Of a stretch of 64,000 bases of DNA, positions 47,550 through 60,940 are shown piece by piece (within the stretch, counting starts at the first letter, position 1; each line of letters starts with the position of its first letter). Location of the stretch: positions 4,280,001-4,344,000 of the forward strand of contig NC_045696.1 of NCBI RefSeq assembly GCF_009834535.1, read 5' to 3'. Origin of the DNA: Camelus ferus (lineage: Eukaryota). Made by a program: the position numbers and the translations under genes. The notes beneath the pieces are model-generated. The model did not search any database. It was not told where the DNA came from and saw nothing but the letters and a program-made list of their open reading frames with translations.

Positions 47550-49714
47550 ACTACTGTGGTCAGCAAAAGAGTGATAAAGTCCAGCTTATACATAGCCTGC
47601 TGGTTTACTATAATCACAGAGCTGACTATGCATTGCTTGGTGGACTGTTTTCTCAGAGATTAAATTAAGGTGAATAAATCATTAAAGAAGAAAGTAATGA
47701 CGTAAAGCTCCCTGGGATCAGTCACAAAGGATAAGCATTGACTCAAAAGTTGTGCAGCAGAAAACACCGTGGCTCCAAATCCAGCAGGAAAAGAGCAAAA
47801 GGCATGAAGGGAAATTTCATGCAGGAAACCCAGCCCTGGGACGTGGGGCTGGGCCTCTGTTGCGTTTCTGAGCCCTGAACTCTCATGACTTTGGAAGAAA
47901 GACGCTGAGGCCCGGGAGAAGCAGATGCGCTATGGGCAGCGCGTGTCGACTTCATGCTGGAATTCTACGTTTAGGTGGTTTTTTCTTCCTTAGAGGCGTG
48001 GCTGTCTTATTTACATAAATGTCAACTTGTGTTATCTTACCCCAAACTTATTCTACAAAAAATTTCCTTGGAGGTAGGTCATTATGTGAAAGCCATCCAT
48101 TTGCATCTGAGCTTCAGAGAAAGTATCTCCTTCCTCCCCTGCTTCTTCGCTTTCATTTTCCTTCCTTCTTTTACCCTTATATATAAGATAAAAGTTATTT
48201 TTAAGGTAGATACCTAATTTAAAAATAAATTTAGATACATAAATTAAATACATAATTCTTCAAATTGTGTTGTTCAAATGAATGAAAACAATTTCACATT
48301 TAAGTAAAATGTGAGTTTCCCACCAAATCCTAAACCACGTATTCTCTTATCTCCAAGCTTCCTCGTGGGCCGTCACTTCCCTACTTCCACAGCCACTTTT
48401 ACCATTTCTCTCTCTTCCTCTTCCTCCTTCTTCTCCTAACCACTTACCTAATTACCTGCTTATCTACTTTGACAATTTTCTTTTGTTAGTTTAATAATAT
48501 ATTGTAATCATCTCTCAACATCGTTACATACACATCATTTTCAAAACAATTGCATTTTGGTTCATGGTACTAATATAGGTTATTTCCGTTACTAGTATTG
48601 CTTTTAACTGTTACAAAATTGCACTGGAAAACCTCGTGCACCACATCTTTGCTCACTTGGGCTGCTGTTTCTCTAGCTTCGAGATGGCATTGCTCTAGCA
48701 GAGAATGTACGTATTTAAAATTTTGGAGCAGAGACATTTTTATCCCCTCTAAAATGTTTGCATTCATTTACACTCCCACCAATAGTATGTGAAGGTGATA
48801 ATTTCTTTATAGCATCACCAACACAAATGTCCTAATTTTTAAATGGGTGAAAAAATACCACCTCATTATTGCTTTCATCATGTATTTTTTTGCTTTTTTA
48901 GTAAAGATGTGCAAACATTTTCCTCCAGCCGGCCATTTGTCAACTTGTTTAAGCTGGAGCTCTGTGTCCCCAAATCTGTCCTTGGACGATCCCTGTTAGA
49001 ATTAGCCAAAAGTGGAGTTTACATGAGATTTGGGAGAAGAAATAAAGCCTCAGTTGTCACTGTCTCTAAAGAGTTTCTGTAGACCCGGGGCAGACAGAAG
49101 CAGGGGTTCCAGCAGGCTCCAGCAGTCCTTGTTCTCCCCTGCGTCCTGCTCTCTGGTGCCCACCGCTCACCTGGCTGACCACAGCCTGCCACGAATGGTC
49201 CTTTTGAGCATCACTGGGGAGCTGGATGTGCCCAGCTGTCCAGAGTGGCTGGTTGTTCATCCTTTAAACCCTCCTCCTTCTCTCCTGTCCCTTTGCTCCT
49301 CCAGCCTCTCCCCAACCACCGTCTAAATCCTACAGTTAATGCCTGATCCCCAAACTCACACGAGTCACTCTGCTCCCCTGCCTGCACCCACCTTCCAACT
49401 TTGGTCACGAGTCTCTTGCCATGTAGGGCTTGCGCTTTTAAATACCCAGTTTTGTCACTTTCTTTATGGCTCCTGAGTTGGGTCTTGCTGCAAAAGACCT
49501 CCTACACACTAAGATTGTTTTAGAAAAAGTACTTTCACATTTTTTTCTAGGACTTGCATAATTTATGAGACTATGTGGATCTTCAGTCCGTGCAGAACCT
49601 CAGCCCGCGGTGCGAGGTAGGGATTGAACTCCTCTCACCTGCGTGATTAGCCACTTACCCCGGTGCCGCTTAGTGACGAACTCATTCTTTCCCACTGATG
49701 TGAGTTGCAGCCTC

Positions 49715-49850
49715 GCTCAAAATCCTGCTCTTCCGCTTACCACGTGGTCCTTAGCTTTCCCATCTGCAGGTTGGAGACTGTTACTGGACCTCACTCACAG
49801 AATAGCGAGGATTAAATGGTCTGAATTTTAGGAAGTGCTGGTATGTGCTA
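49715..49850 (+). mobile_element. MIR fragment
   Basis: aaatcctgctcttccgcttacc..ttcccatctgc..gaggattaaatg. Confidence 0.55.
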
Positions 49851-50294
49851 ATTCCTCAGCCAAGGGTATCTCCTCTTATAACTGTGGTTATGACGTCTTC
49901 TCTTTAGGGAATGTGTATGTCGTCAGTTATTCAGAACTTCTTCCAGGTCCCTCAGGAGACGTTCGTAGTTTCCTGCATCAGTCTGGTGTATTTGCCTTCA
50001 GCTTATCCTTGGATATTTTGTACATGTGGTCGCTGCTTTGCTCAGCTGCTTCATTTAGTCACACTTTACAATTAGTGATTCTCTGTTATTATTCATTTTC
50101 GTATGTTTCTGTTGTATCCTGCCCCCTCCCTGGACTCTGGTATTGGTTTCTCACAGTTTTAAAGTTGATATAGTTAGATTTTCGAGGTAGATATTATATG
50201 GAAATAACTATACTTTTTATTTCTTTTATTCTAATAGTTACACATTTCATGCCCTCTCACCCCCGTCTGAAGACATTGATTAAGACCTTCAGAC

Positions 50295-50470
50295 CAGGGC
50301 TGCCCAGTAGGAATTTCTGCGGTCGTGGAGATGTTCCACAGCCGCCCTGTCCAGGGTGTAAACCGCCAGCCACAAGTGGCTGTTTGAGCACTTGAAATGT
50401 GGATACTGCTACTAATGAGCTGGACTTTAAAATGCTATTTAATTTTAATTAAAATTAACATGCACATAGC
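50295..50470 (+). mobile_element. MER3-like hAT-Charlie MITE
   Basis: gccagccacaagtggctgtttgagcacttgaaatgtgg..tatttaattttaattaa. Confidence 0.8.
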
Positions 50471-52599
50471 TGACCCTCCCTTCTATTTTTTTTTTCTTGT
50501 ATGTATCTGTACCACAAAGATGGTATGAATTTGGATCCCACAACCATATAAAGTGCAGGCATGAGTTTTCCCTTCTTACAGGAGCAGCCAGAGCGCTGGG
50601 CTCGTGTCAGCTTCCTTGCTCCTCTGGAGAAGCGGGCAGAGCGTCTCTAATCCTGTTCTCCCAAGCAGAGCGAGGCCTGAGAGTCCCACCTCTCTGCAGG
50701 GAGCTCAGGTCTCGCTCTTCATTCCACGTGGTCCTAGGGTGACACCTCTTGGCTCAGCTTGAATCTAGTTCAACCCCTGGGCTTAAGGTTCTTCTCATGT
50801 TTGCTACTCTGCCTACAGTCCCCTCTCATTTCTGGCACCTGGTCATTTCGCCTCGTGACTTCTGTGTATTTAAAACAAAGAACAAATTTTGTTATATTTT
50901 ATCCAGCCTTTTTCTTTCTTTTATTCCTTCCTTCCTTCCTTCCTTCCACATGTGGTAGAACTACAACACAATTCTCCACCTGGCCAGAAACTATTCTCCC
51001 TTTATCATCCTTATTGCTATGCATGTAAGTCAGACTTGCTCGAGGTTAGTCTATTTTACTGGTCCTCTTGAAGAATTAGCTCTTGATTTTACTATCAATC
51101 TGTTAACTCTCTAAGGGGGTTTTAATTTTTTTCTAATTACCTCCATTAATTCTTTCCTTTAGGTTAACTTAATGTTTAGGTTACTTAAGTTGTTTTGACT
51201 TATTGCATTGAATTCTTACCTCATTTATTTTCAGCCTCTATAGTTTTCCAATAAAGCCATGATTGCCCTTTGAATTACTGATTTTCTACATCCTATAGGT
51301 ATTGATAGCACGTGTTCCCATGGCAATTTCCTTTCCACCACAGGAGCTATTTAGCAAACAGCTTTTAAGATTTCCAGTTGACTAGACTCTCTGATGGTGT
51401 TAATACAGAGTATTTGACATTGTGATCAGAAGTTACGCTAGTGTAAGATTTCTACGTTTGGAAAGTGGTGAGTTTTTAATTTTTTTATAGACAGCTCTTC
51501 TTTTCGACGTGAGGGAAAATGATGGAGAAAGTAAAGGTAGACTCAGGAGGGGAGAGGGATACGGAAGGAAGAACAGGAAAGGGGGGAGACAAGCTGCCCA
51601 GCTCACCTCCTGGTGGGCTTTGGCAGGGGTGGAGGTGGAGAACCTCCATAAGGACATTTATCCTGCAGGCTGTGACGTCAGCGCCACTGCAGGAAGTGAG
51701 GAGAGCCAGCTCAGCTCAGCTATACCCTTCTCACTCCTTCCTCTGAGCGACACGTTCTCAGCTCACCTCAGTGTTTGCTGGTGCTGGATGCTGCAGGATG
51801 GCACAGACGCGGCTGTGTGAGTGGCCAGCGCCCCTTTCCCGGGCATGTGTTACTGGCAGAGGGCCACTTTCCCGCTGCGTACGTCCCCTGCCTTGTTGTA
51901 GCAGAAAGACTAAAGGGATGGGAACTACCATGCATTCAACACAAGCCCACGTTCCAGGCGCTGTGTGTGCTGGACTGGACCCTGTCACCTGCTCCGTGCT
52001 GCTCCTCTAATGCAGCAGCAAGTCATGCTCTTCCGTAGGACTCCGAGGCTCTGCAGCTTTCTGAAGGGCGAGAATAGACTTGGAGAAGCAGGATGGCATG
52101 ACAGAAATCCTGGGAGTCAGACCAGCTTGAGCCCACACACATGTCCATTGTGCATTAGCTGTGTGACCTGCTGAGGGTCCTGACCCTGGTTTTCCATGTG
52201 TAGGGAGCTGTACCTTATAGTGTAAGGGGTCCCTGGCTTGACCTGTGGGAGCACGCTCGGCACCCTCTTAGCGCGGAATCAACCAGTTCTCTTAACAGAT
52301 GCGTCTCCCTTGACTTCCCGGCAGCAGTCAGCACTGTGTCAGTTCCATCCTCTGGAAGATCTCTCGCATCCAGGCCGCTCTTTCCTGTCCCTGCAGCCGC
52401 TTCTTCCGTGCCCTTCAGGGGCTCTTCTAGATCTCCAGTCCTCTACAGGCAAGCTCTGTCAGAGATTTGCCCAGATCCTTCTCCCTTCCCATGCCAGGGT
52501 CTCCTCTCCCCTTTTTAACTTTTACACTTTGTTAGAGGTATCTATTGTTCTGATTTGCCCCATTATCCAGGGCCTCATTTCCAATTTCCTTTCGGGCAT

Positions 52600-53260
52600 C
52601 TCCATTCCTGCCTTCTGGGACCCTGCTTCTACCTGGTTTCCTGGGCTGGAAACCTCTGAGTCAGATGTTTTTAGCTTTTTCCTCCCCACGTGTTCCACAT
52701 TCCATCAGCTGCCACATGCTGTCAAGCCTAACTCTGCAGCCTCTCACATCAGCTGTGGCATCTGCCCTCTTTTCTATTCCTGTTACCGTCCCTGTAACTT
52801 AGACCCTCATTACTTTGCATGTGGACCAGGGCAACCACCTTCTCATTCGTCTCAGGAACCCGTTTTCCCCTCTTCATCCTACACATTGTGGTTAGGCGAA
52901 TCTTCGCCAAGTGTGGCTCTGATTTGGTCGGTTCCTTGCTCATGCATTTTTGATGGGTTCCCGTTGGTTCCTGTTGCGTACTGAAAATGGCTACATTCCA
53001 CAGCCTTCCATTCAGGCCTTCTGGATTGGAACCCAATCCCTGAGTCCAATCTGCCCCTCCCTTACTTTCTTCCAATGTCTGTGTTCCAGCTACAGACTCC
53101 TTGTTCTGCCCAACACATTGCAAGCTCCCTTCATCTGTGCTGGGTCCTCACGCTTCCGTCAGTCTAGCATGAATGTCCTTCCTCCAGCCCCCCTTCTTCC
53201 TCATTCTATGCCTTCTTTCTGTAGATCACTCTCCAGCTGTCCCAGGCGGTGACATCTCCC
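52600..53260 (+). mobile_element. Degraded L2
   Basis: ccacattccatcagctgcc..tctgatttggtcggttccttgctc..tttgatgggttccc..ttcaggccttct. Confidence 0.55.
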
Positions 53261-53289
53261 TTCTTGGAACTCATCTTGCACTTCATGGA

Positions 53290-53495
53290 AGACACTGGGG
53301 TGTAGAGAAAAGATGGTGCACTTGGAGGTTAGTCTACTTAGGTTTGTCACCAAACTTTGCCACCAGCTAGCTGTGGGGACTTGGGAAAGTTGCTTTCCTT
53401 CACTGAGTCTATTTACTCACCAACAAAACAATATTATTTCACAGTGCTGTTGAAAGAATTAAACAAGATAACATATAAAGTGCAAACCACTCAGT
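53290..53495 (+). mobile_element. MIR
   Basis: ctttgccaccagctagctgtggggacttgggaaagttgctttccttcactgagtct. Confidence 0.7.
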
Positions 53496-53830
53496 GTGTT
53501 AGTTTCTTTCCCTTACGGACCCTTTCATCTCTTACTTGATACTGTCATCCAGGGACAGCTCGATCTCCCCTAAATCAAAGCTTGCGAGCAAGCAGCTTAG
53601 CTCAGGGCCTGCCACGTGGTCAACAAATAGGAATTGCTTTGGTGTGGTTGTCATCATCACTGGGGCATGGGCTCTGTGACTGTCAGGTTGCACTTGGCTT
53701 CCTGTGGTTAAATAAGAGGGCAATTATTTGAAAACTGTGAAATTTTGGTAATGGTCATAAATGTACTGATGTTTTCAAATCTGAATATTTGTATTTGAAT
53801 TTCTAACTGTAATTCTGTCTGAATTTCCTT

Positions 53831-53888
53831 CTTTCTTTTTTTCTTAACATTTTTTTATTGAGCTAAAGTCATTTTACAATGTTGTGTC
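53831..53888 (-). mobile_element. Ultra-short L1 3' tail insertion
   Basis: ttaacatttttttattgagctaaagtcattttacaatgttgtgtc. Degenerate TSD ctgtctgaatttc (53815) / ctgcctaaatttc (53889). Confidence 0.7.
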
Positions 53889-54332
53889 CTGCCTAAATTT
53901 CTTGAAGTTTATTTTCCTCTAAAATTTCTGGGGTTGGTAATGAGCCCACGTTGACCTGTAGTACCATCATAGCCTGAAGCCATAGCCAGGTCATTATCAA
54001 AGAGTGATTAAGTGTATGGCTAGAATTACATAACCACAAACAGTCACGCATTGTTTAAACAGAAATATCAGTGTGTGTAGGCTCAAAGACATTTTCCCCC
54101 AGTACACCAAACAGTTCTCATTCTTCTTAAGTCTCTGATTCCCAAGGGCTAGAAGAGGGAATTCTAACCAAGTAATTGCTTATAGTAAACATATGTGTTA
54201 CCTCAATTTTATTTTAAAATATCAGTAATTTAGGTAAAAATTGTTGATTTTGGAGGGGATGTGATGCTCCCTTTGGTCCAACCTGTTGTTCAGAACTCAA
54301 GGCAGCAGCCTCAAACTCAACCCCTTTGAAGT

Positions 54333-54632
54333 TGTGGCTGGCAGAGTAATGGCCTTCCAAAGATGTCCATGTCTTAATCCCTGGAAACTAAGAATATCAC
54401 TTTATATGGCAAAGGTGAATTGAGGTTGCAGATGGAATTAAGGTTGCTAATCAGTTGACCTTAAGATAGGAAGTTTATCCTAGACTACACAAGTGGACCC
54501 AACATAATCACGAGGATATTTAAAACTGGAAGAGAGTCAGAATCAGAGAGAAAAAGACATGACAATGGACTGAAGGCCAGAGTGAAATGATGGCTGTCTT
54601 TGAAAATGGAGGATTCAGGTCATAAACCAAGG
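54333..54632 (+). mobile_element. MLT1D/E LTR 5' half
   Basis: tgtggctggcagagtaatggcc..aaagatgtccatgtcttaatccctggaa..gcagatggaattaaggttgctaatcag. Confidence 0.85.
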
Positions 54633-54634
54633 TC

Positions 54635-54880
54635 TACTGGGACCTTACATTTGTATCACCATGGTATTTTGAGAGCAGATAAGTTGTTTTCTAGTTTCCT
54701 GGATTTACAGATGGGGGAAATTTTGTCACTGAATGGATTATGCCAAAAGTCTCACCCACACCTTATTTAGAGGATGAAATTTTGGACTCTTGATCTGATG
54801 AGATTTAGGTGACATTTTGGACTCTGAGCTGATTTTGTTATGAGTTGAGACTTCCAGGGACATTAGGATGGGGGAATGCA
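54635..54880 (+). mobile_element. MaLR internal (MLT1-int) 3' region
   Basis: gtctcacccacacct..attttggactctgagctga..tgagttgagactt..gggacattaggatgggg. Confidence 0.6.
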
Positions 54881-55299
54881 CCCTTTACTGTTACCCACAA
54901 ACAGGGTAGGCTGCGACAGAGCTGACCGGCAGTGGGGCTGTGTGGTGCTGGGTTCCGGATTGCGTGGAGACCAGCTGAATGAGTTCCACTTTTATTCTGC
55001 TTAAAGCGAGACATCTCTGAAAAGTGCGGCCATAGACACGAACAGGACAGGCAACGCCAATGGAATTTTCAAATAAACAACCCTCTGTATCCAAGCTTTG
55101 GTTCCAACCTTGGAAAGCAACAACGCTTATTTAAAAATGAGTGGCTGGAGTGTTGATCTCAAGCTCTCAGACTATTTAGACTCGTCTCTAGACTCTTTCT
55201 CTGTCCAGAACAGGTGTTCTGGTCCAAGGGCACTGAAGTCCCTTGGAAGATAAGCAAGAATCCTTTAGTTACGGCTCTCAAAAAAGGGAGATGATGTGA

Positions 55300-55428
55300 T
55301 TTTGTTTGTTTGTTTTTTGGGGGAAGGTAATTAGTTTATTTATTTTTTAATGGAGGCACTGGGGACTGAAGCCAGGACTGCGTACATGCTAAGCATGCGA
55401 TCTACCACTGAGCCACACCCTCTCTCCC
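55300..55428 (-). mobile_element. Vic-1-like SINE
   Basis: ggggaaggtaattagtttattt tail; catgctaagcatgcgatctaccactgagccacaccc; flanking tgtgatttt repeat. Confidence 0.85.
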
Positions 55429-55779
55429 ACCCCACCACCCTGAAAATAGTGTGATTTTGATAAAGAGTGTTAAGTTAGGATCTGGAAGTCAGGAGAGGGG
55501 ACTATGGGCTTCAGGTCCCTCAAGTAAACACTCCTGAATTCGGGATGGAGAGCTGCCTTGCTGGTGTCTTCTCACTTTATAAGTAATGTGTTTTGCAGAC
55601 TTTCCTGTCACGTCTTCCTAGATGTAAATCTAGCTGATTCCTAGGACTGTGGTCAAATATATGCCTAATTACATCTCTTGTACTGATCACATGAGAGGAA
55701 ATAGGAGTCCCCACAATGCTTCTCACTCTGCACCCCCCGGCCTCCACCTTCAGCTACCTTGTCTCCTTCTGTGCGTGGA

Positions 55780-56345
55780 ATTGTTTCCACCAGCCTAATA
55801 GCTCTCAGATCTCCAGCTTTGGTCCAGGCTTATAACCTGTATACATGCTGAATCTCCACCTGGAGATTAGAAGATGTCCATTAAATTCAAGCTGCCCCCA
55901 ACATGCACAGTTTACCTTCTAATGAAACCTGCTCCCACATTTATCCCCAGTGTCCCTCATAATGACGTCTCCATTCACAAAGTGGTCCAAGTTAGAGCGT
56001 TACCTCAGTCTCCTTCTCTCTTTTACACAGGTTGCTCAGTCAGCCCCCAAGTACTGTTACTTCTGGTTCTTAAATATCTCTCAGCTCTGAAGGTCTTTCT
56101 CATCACCACTGCCTTTGTTCATGTCTCCATCATCTCTCTTCTTCTTAATTGAAGTACAGTTGAGATACAATACTGTATAAATTACAGATGTGCAATATAG
56201 TGATTCATAATTTTTATAGTTTATAGTTATGATCAAATATTGGTTGTATTCCCTGTGTTGTGCAGCATACCCTCGTGGCTTATTTTATACAGAATAGTTT
56301 GTACGTCTGTCTTCATCATCTCTTGCCTGGACAGCTGCTGTGGAC
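55780..56345 (+). mobile_element. L2 fragment interrupted by L1
   Basis: atctccacctggag..aaacctgctcc..catcaccactgcc..catcatctcttgcctggac. Confidence 0.65.
56138..56307 (-). mobile_element. L1 3'UTR fragment with TSD
   Basis: ttaattgaagtacagttga..aatattggttgtattccctgtgttgtgcag. TSD tgtct(c/t)catcatctct at 56122-56137 and 56308-56323. Confidence 0.88.
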
Positions 56346-57129
56346 TTATAAATGCTCAGTGAGTATCAGCCATCGACTGCCAACAGTCCCCAACTCCTCC
56401 TTGCAGCTGCTCATTCCTGCCCACGTCCGTTTCTGGTCTTGGTTCCAGTGGGATGGTCAGTTAGCCTGACTCTGGCCACGCAGAGGTGGGGATGGTGAGA
56501 GCATTTCCCTAATGACTTTTATGTCTGGATGGAGACACAAAAATATCTTTTTGTTAAAGGGCAGGGCTCACAGGATACAAGCCCAGGGAATGTGCACGGC
56601 CATTCCTCCACCCTCGGGCAAAAGAAGCAGGTAATAAAGTGGGCGGAGCTGACAATAGAGGGAAACAGAGGCCGGAGGCTCAGGCTGAAGGTGTGGGGCG
56701 CTGGGTCCCCAGGAGCTGGCGTCTCTGCGGAGCCCCCCTCCCTTCCTGCGTGAGCCGAACACTCACCACTTCCTGCAAGAGCGGAAGTTGTGCTCCGTCA
56801 CACGTACGAACTGCTGTCTCTGTTTTGAAACACCGCTTCCACTTCCCATTACTAGTAGAGAAAATTCCAGCTCTGTGGCAAGACAAAGACTCTTTGTCTC
56901 TGACCTCTGACTCCCTCTTTGTCCTGGTGCCCTTTGACGTCGCCCACGTCACCCACTTCTACAGTCTATCTGAGGAAGGAAAACAAGCACCTTACGGTTT
57001 TCTGAACGTGTATTGTCGCATCTGAACGTTTTTAGTGCTTCCCCCCTTGCCCACTGGGTCCCTTCCTGAACAACCCCCTTATATGCCTGAGGAATTCCAA
57101 GCCCTCTTCTGGGAAAAAAGTTACTTCTT

Positions 57130-57390
57130 CAGATTCCAGCTCAAATCATCTTTGGGCAGCCACCCTTGGCCAGCCACCCCTTCCTAGTCCCTCAAATAAA
57201 ATTAGTTATTCTGCTCGCTGTAAACTCAGCAACATGCATTTCCTTCTTTTGCTGTAGTTCTCACGTTGTAAGTTAATTTGTTTGCTTGGCTTCCTGACTT
57301 CCTTACGGAAATGTGAACTTTTTGAAGCTGGGACTGCATTGGAGCCCAATGCTTGGCATGGAGTGGACGCTCAACAAACAGTGATTAACT
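57130..57390 (+). mobile_element. L2 3' end
   Basis: aaatgtgaactttttgaagctgggactg..tgcttggcatggagtggacgctcaacaaa. Confidence 0.65.
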
Positions 57391-57660
57391 TGAGCATTTA
57401 ATTTGAAAAGAAGGTAATGAGGGCGATTTGGCACAATTCCTGTGAATGTCTGTTGACTCCAGGGGATGAGAATTTTTTTTCCTTCAAAGTGCTCTCAAAG
57501 CCAACGTCTAATAACACAACTCATAATTTTTCTGAGGATCAGGGTCAACCTCACTGATACGAAGTTCCCAGAATCTGTCCTTCTTAAAACTGGGACAGCT
57601 GCCGTGGCTGGTCTGACAGCATGGCCACTCACTGAGATCTCTCAGGTCACCCAGGGAGAC

Positions 57661-58029
57661 TGCTATGGGCTGAACCGCCTTCCCCCACATCCCTGAGCTG
57701 AAGTGCTAACTCCCAGTCCTGCAGAATGTGACAGTATGTGGAGATAGACTCTTTAAAGAGGTAAATGAGGTCACTGGGGTGGGCTCCAGTCCAACGTGAC
57801 TGGTGTCCTTCTAAGAAGAGATCAGGACACAGATATACACGGAGGGATGACCACGTGTAGACACTGAGAAGATGGCATCACTACCAAAGAGAGGCGTCAG
57901 GAGAAACCAGCCCTGCTGACACCTTGGTCTTGTACTTGCAGCCCGCAGAGCTGTGACAGAACATGTGTCTCTTGTTCAAGCCCCACCGTCTATGGTATTT
58001 TGTTACAGCAGCTGGAGCTGACTGATACA
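57661..58029 (+). mobile_element. MLT1A-like solo LTR
   Basis: tgctatgggctgaa ... tgactggtgtccttctaagaagag ... ctatggtattttgttacagcagc..gctgactgataca. About 370 bp. Confidence 0.9.
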
Positions 58030-59189
58030 GGCCCCTTGTGACTTCACCTCAATTTCAGGATCCTGGGAAGAAACTTGATCAGCCCAAAGATGGGAACATG
58101 TCTCAGAAGTTCAGATTCTCTTGAGCCCTGACCTACTCTGGGCTTTCAGTCCTTGGACTACTGGGTCCGTCATTCTGGTTTGGCAACAACTCATGCTGCC
58201 TTGAGTGGCCTCCTTCTACGGGCAGACACTGGTAAAGCACATTTTCTCATAAAGTCTCCACAAATCCTATCACGTGGATTCTGTGACTGGCCCCAATGTA
58301 ATGATGAGGGAACTGAGATTCAAATCAGTACAGCAAGTGGCTTGTCGTAGGTCGTAGTGAGTAGCAGAGCTGAGGTCCAAACCGGGTGTGACCATCTGTG
58401 TCCTTGTCGGATTGCAAACACCGATTCTCCTTGATACTCAGCCCAGAAGGAAAAGTGGGGTCGACTACTTACACACTCTGTGCTCTGTCATCTCTTACCC
58501 ACGGACCATCCCATTCTTGCTCAGCACACATGTATCAGGTCTCTCTATGTGTCTGCTCTTACATCACCCAGTTTTCCTGGATTTTCTTCCTGACAGCTGT
58601 GGCTGCACAGGAGAATTGCCATCTTTAGAGTCTTTCACAAGTGCTCATCCTGCACTCTTGTCTTTCAGACATGACATTTGCCGGAGTGCATCACATTTTG
58701 GGAATTTTCCTGGAATATTGCTCTGGTTTGGTGTGTTCCCTTCATCTTTCAGGTGAGGCCTTTTCAACCTCTGTTTATCCAAGACACTCCTGGGCAGGAG
58801 GTTTGAGGGTTCCATGCCGCCTGCACTCTCGTGGGGAGAGTTTGTGGTTGCATTGTGCCAACCTCATCATCAGTCCTGAGCATTTCCTTCCAGCATCTCT
58901 GATGGTGGGATCACTCTCATCTTTTATCTCTTTAATGGTGCCTCCACTTTCTAATCCTCTAGTAGCCACACCTGTGATCATTCATAACTGACTGTTTCGC
59001 TTGTGTCCAGGGGAAAGTTGTCTAGTGGGTCTGTCTGTCCAATGCTTGTGCACCCACACCACGGACCCTCCCTCATTCTGGCCTTGGGAAATTGTTGCCA
59101 GGATGATAACTTCACCATTTCTTCCATTCCATTCCATTACTTTCCCCATCAACATTACCTCTTTAGCTGAACCACACTGGTGTTAGACC

Positions 59190-59960
59190 CACCATGGTCT
59201 CATCTGCCCCAGAAACCTTGCACGTGCTATTTCCATTGCTTGGAATGCTTTGCCTCTTCTCCGCAACCTTACTTATTTCTTGAGAGCAATCTTTCCAGAC
59301 ATCCTCAGGTTATTGGCTTCCTCGTGTGTTATGGTTTGAATTGTGTCATGTGTTGAAGTCCTCACTCACTCTCAGGATCTCAGAAACAGAGTCATAGCAG
59401 ATGTAATTAGTTAAGATGAGGTCATAAGGGAGAAAGTCAGGTTCCTCAAGCCCGGGGTCTTATAAAAGGGGGAATTTGGACAGAGACACATGCATGCAGG
59501 GAGAATGCCATGTGAGATAAAGGCACAGACTGGGTGCTGCATCTGCAAGCCAACAACCATCAAAACTTGCCAGCAAACATCCAGAAACCTGGGGAGAGGG
59601 CCAGAACAGGGAGATTCTCCTCACAGCCCCCAGGAGGAACCAGGTCTCCTGACACCTTGATTTGGGACTTTCTAGCCTTCAGGCTGAGAGGGAATAAATT
59701 CTGTTGGTTAAGCCATCCAGCTTGTGGTGTTGTTACAGACAGCCTGGGAAAGTAACACACCATCGCTATACCCCTCTATCAAACTTTAGTTTAATCATGA
59801 CCGTGATAATAAGAATTTATTCAGTGTCTGCCTTTCTCGCTAGATTCTCAATTCCATCAAGGCAAGGATGACATGTATGTGTTATCAAGGATCAGTAAAA
59901 CTCAGCACTAAGCAGAGTGTCTGCTTAATAGTATGTTAGAGAAAGAAGGAAAGAAAGAGA
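59190..59960 (+). mobile_element. L2 3' portion split by MLT1C
   Basis: ccttgcacgtgctatttccattgcttggaatgctt before the LTR; ctagattctcaattccatcaaggcaagga after it. Confidence 0.65.
59327..59759 (+). mobile_element. MLT1C-like solo LTR
   Basis: tgttatggtttgaattgtgtc..gcagatgtaattagttaagatgaggtcata..cttataaaagggggaatttggac..gtaacaca. Confidence 0.88.
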
Positions 59961-60940
59961 AATAAATGAGAGAAAGTCTTTAAAAATTATGTACTAGTTT
60001 AGTTTTTTTGTTTCTTTAAGTTAGGAGGAATGCTATCATGCCTGAATTTAAAGGTTTCCATTCAGTTTTGCTCAGAGGTCAGCAGTGTTCCACAGGAGCA
60101 AAGTTTGAGAACCACTGCTCCAAATAAAGCGTACTATTTGCTTTCCTCCAATCTGCTCTGTTCTCCTGTCTCTGTCAACACAGCTCCTTCTGCCGGGAGT
60201 TTTCATGACTCTTATTTTCCACAGCCCAGTCCTCCCCGTCCCTCAGAGCTCAGCCTAAATGTTCCCTCCATGGTGTCTTCCTTGACGCCCCGTTTCCGTG
60301 GGGCTCTGATCCAGTCGGACTCTGACCCCCACGAGCCGTGCGCACACCAGCAGTGCGCCCTTCCCCAGCGGACGTACCCGCAGAGTTAGAAGGCAAGAGA
60401 CGCGCCTGGGGAATGGTCTAGCCAGGCTCTGCCGCTGCCCCTTCCGCGTGTCCTCATGGCGCTGTTTCTTCCCATAGCTGAGAGTTGCTGCCCCAAACTG
60501 GACGTAATCTCTTTCTTCTTCAATTCCCAGATGAAGCTTTTCTAGCCTTTGTCTTGGAAAAAATGATCACTTTCAACCTTCAACTTATGAATAGGACTCA
60601 GTTCTACCGTTTGAAAACAGGAGCCTCCTGTCAATGATCCCCTCCCTCCCTTGCAGGAGGCCAGGTTTGATTCATGGTGCCAGACTTCTACTCTCAAGGT
60701 TGGTGAACCTGGGGGTTTGATGCTGGCCGTGCCTCCAGCCCCGAGGGGAGGGACGGGCTTGTATGTGAGAGCCACATTCCCTCCGGCTTGTTAAAGCACC
60801 GCCTTGACAGGGTCCCCTCCTCGTGCCCAGGAGCAGCCTGGCCTTCAGCAGAGAGACGTGGAGAGACAGTGAGGACTTGCAACAGCCCCAGTGCACTCCT
60901 GGGAAGTAACAAAAGCAAACCGGGCTGGTTTCTGTCTCTG

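Larger units (their letters stand above)
48190..51390 (-). mobile_element. Fragmented ancient L1ME-like element (pieces ~48190-48950, 49410-49710, 50100-50210, 51050-51390)
   Basis: atttacactcccaccaatagtatgtga; aatgggtgaaaaataccacctcattattgctttc; ggccatttgt; tcattctttcccactga. Confidence 0.6.

Noticed and set aside
52238..52984. 248-aa ORF
   Set aside because: Pyrimidine-rich, overlaps an L2 relic, non-ATG start, no recognisable domain.
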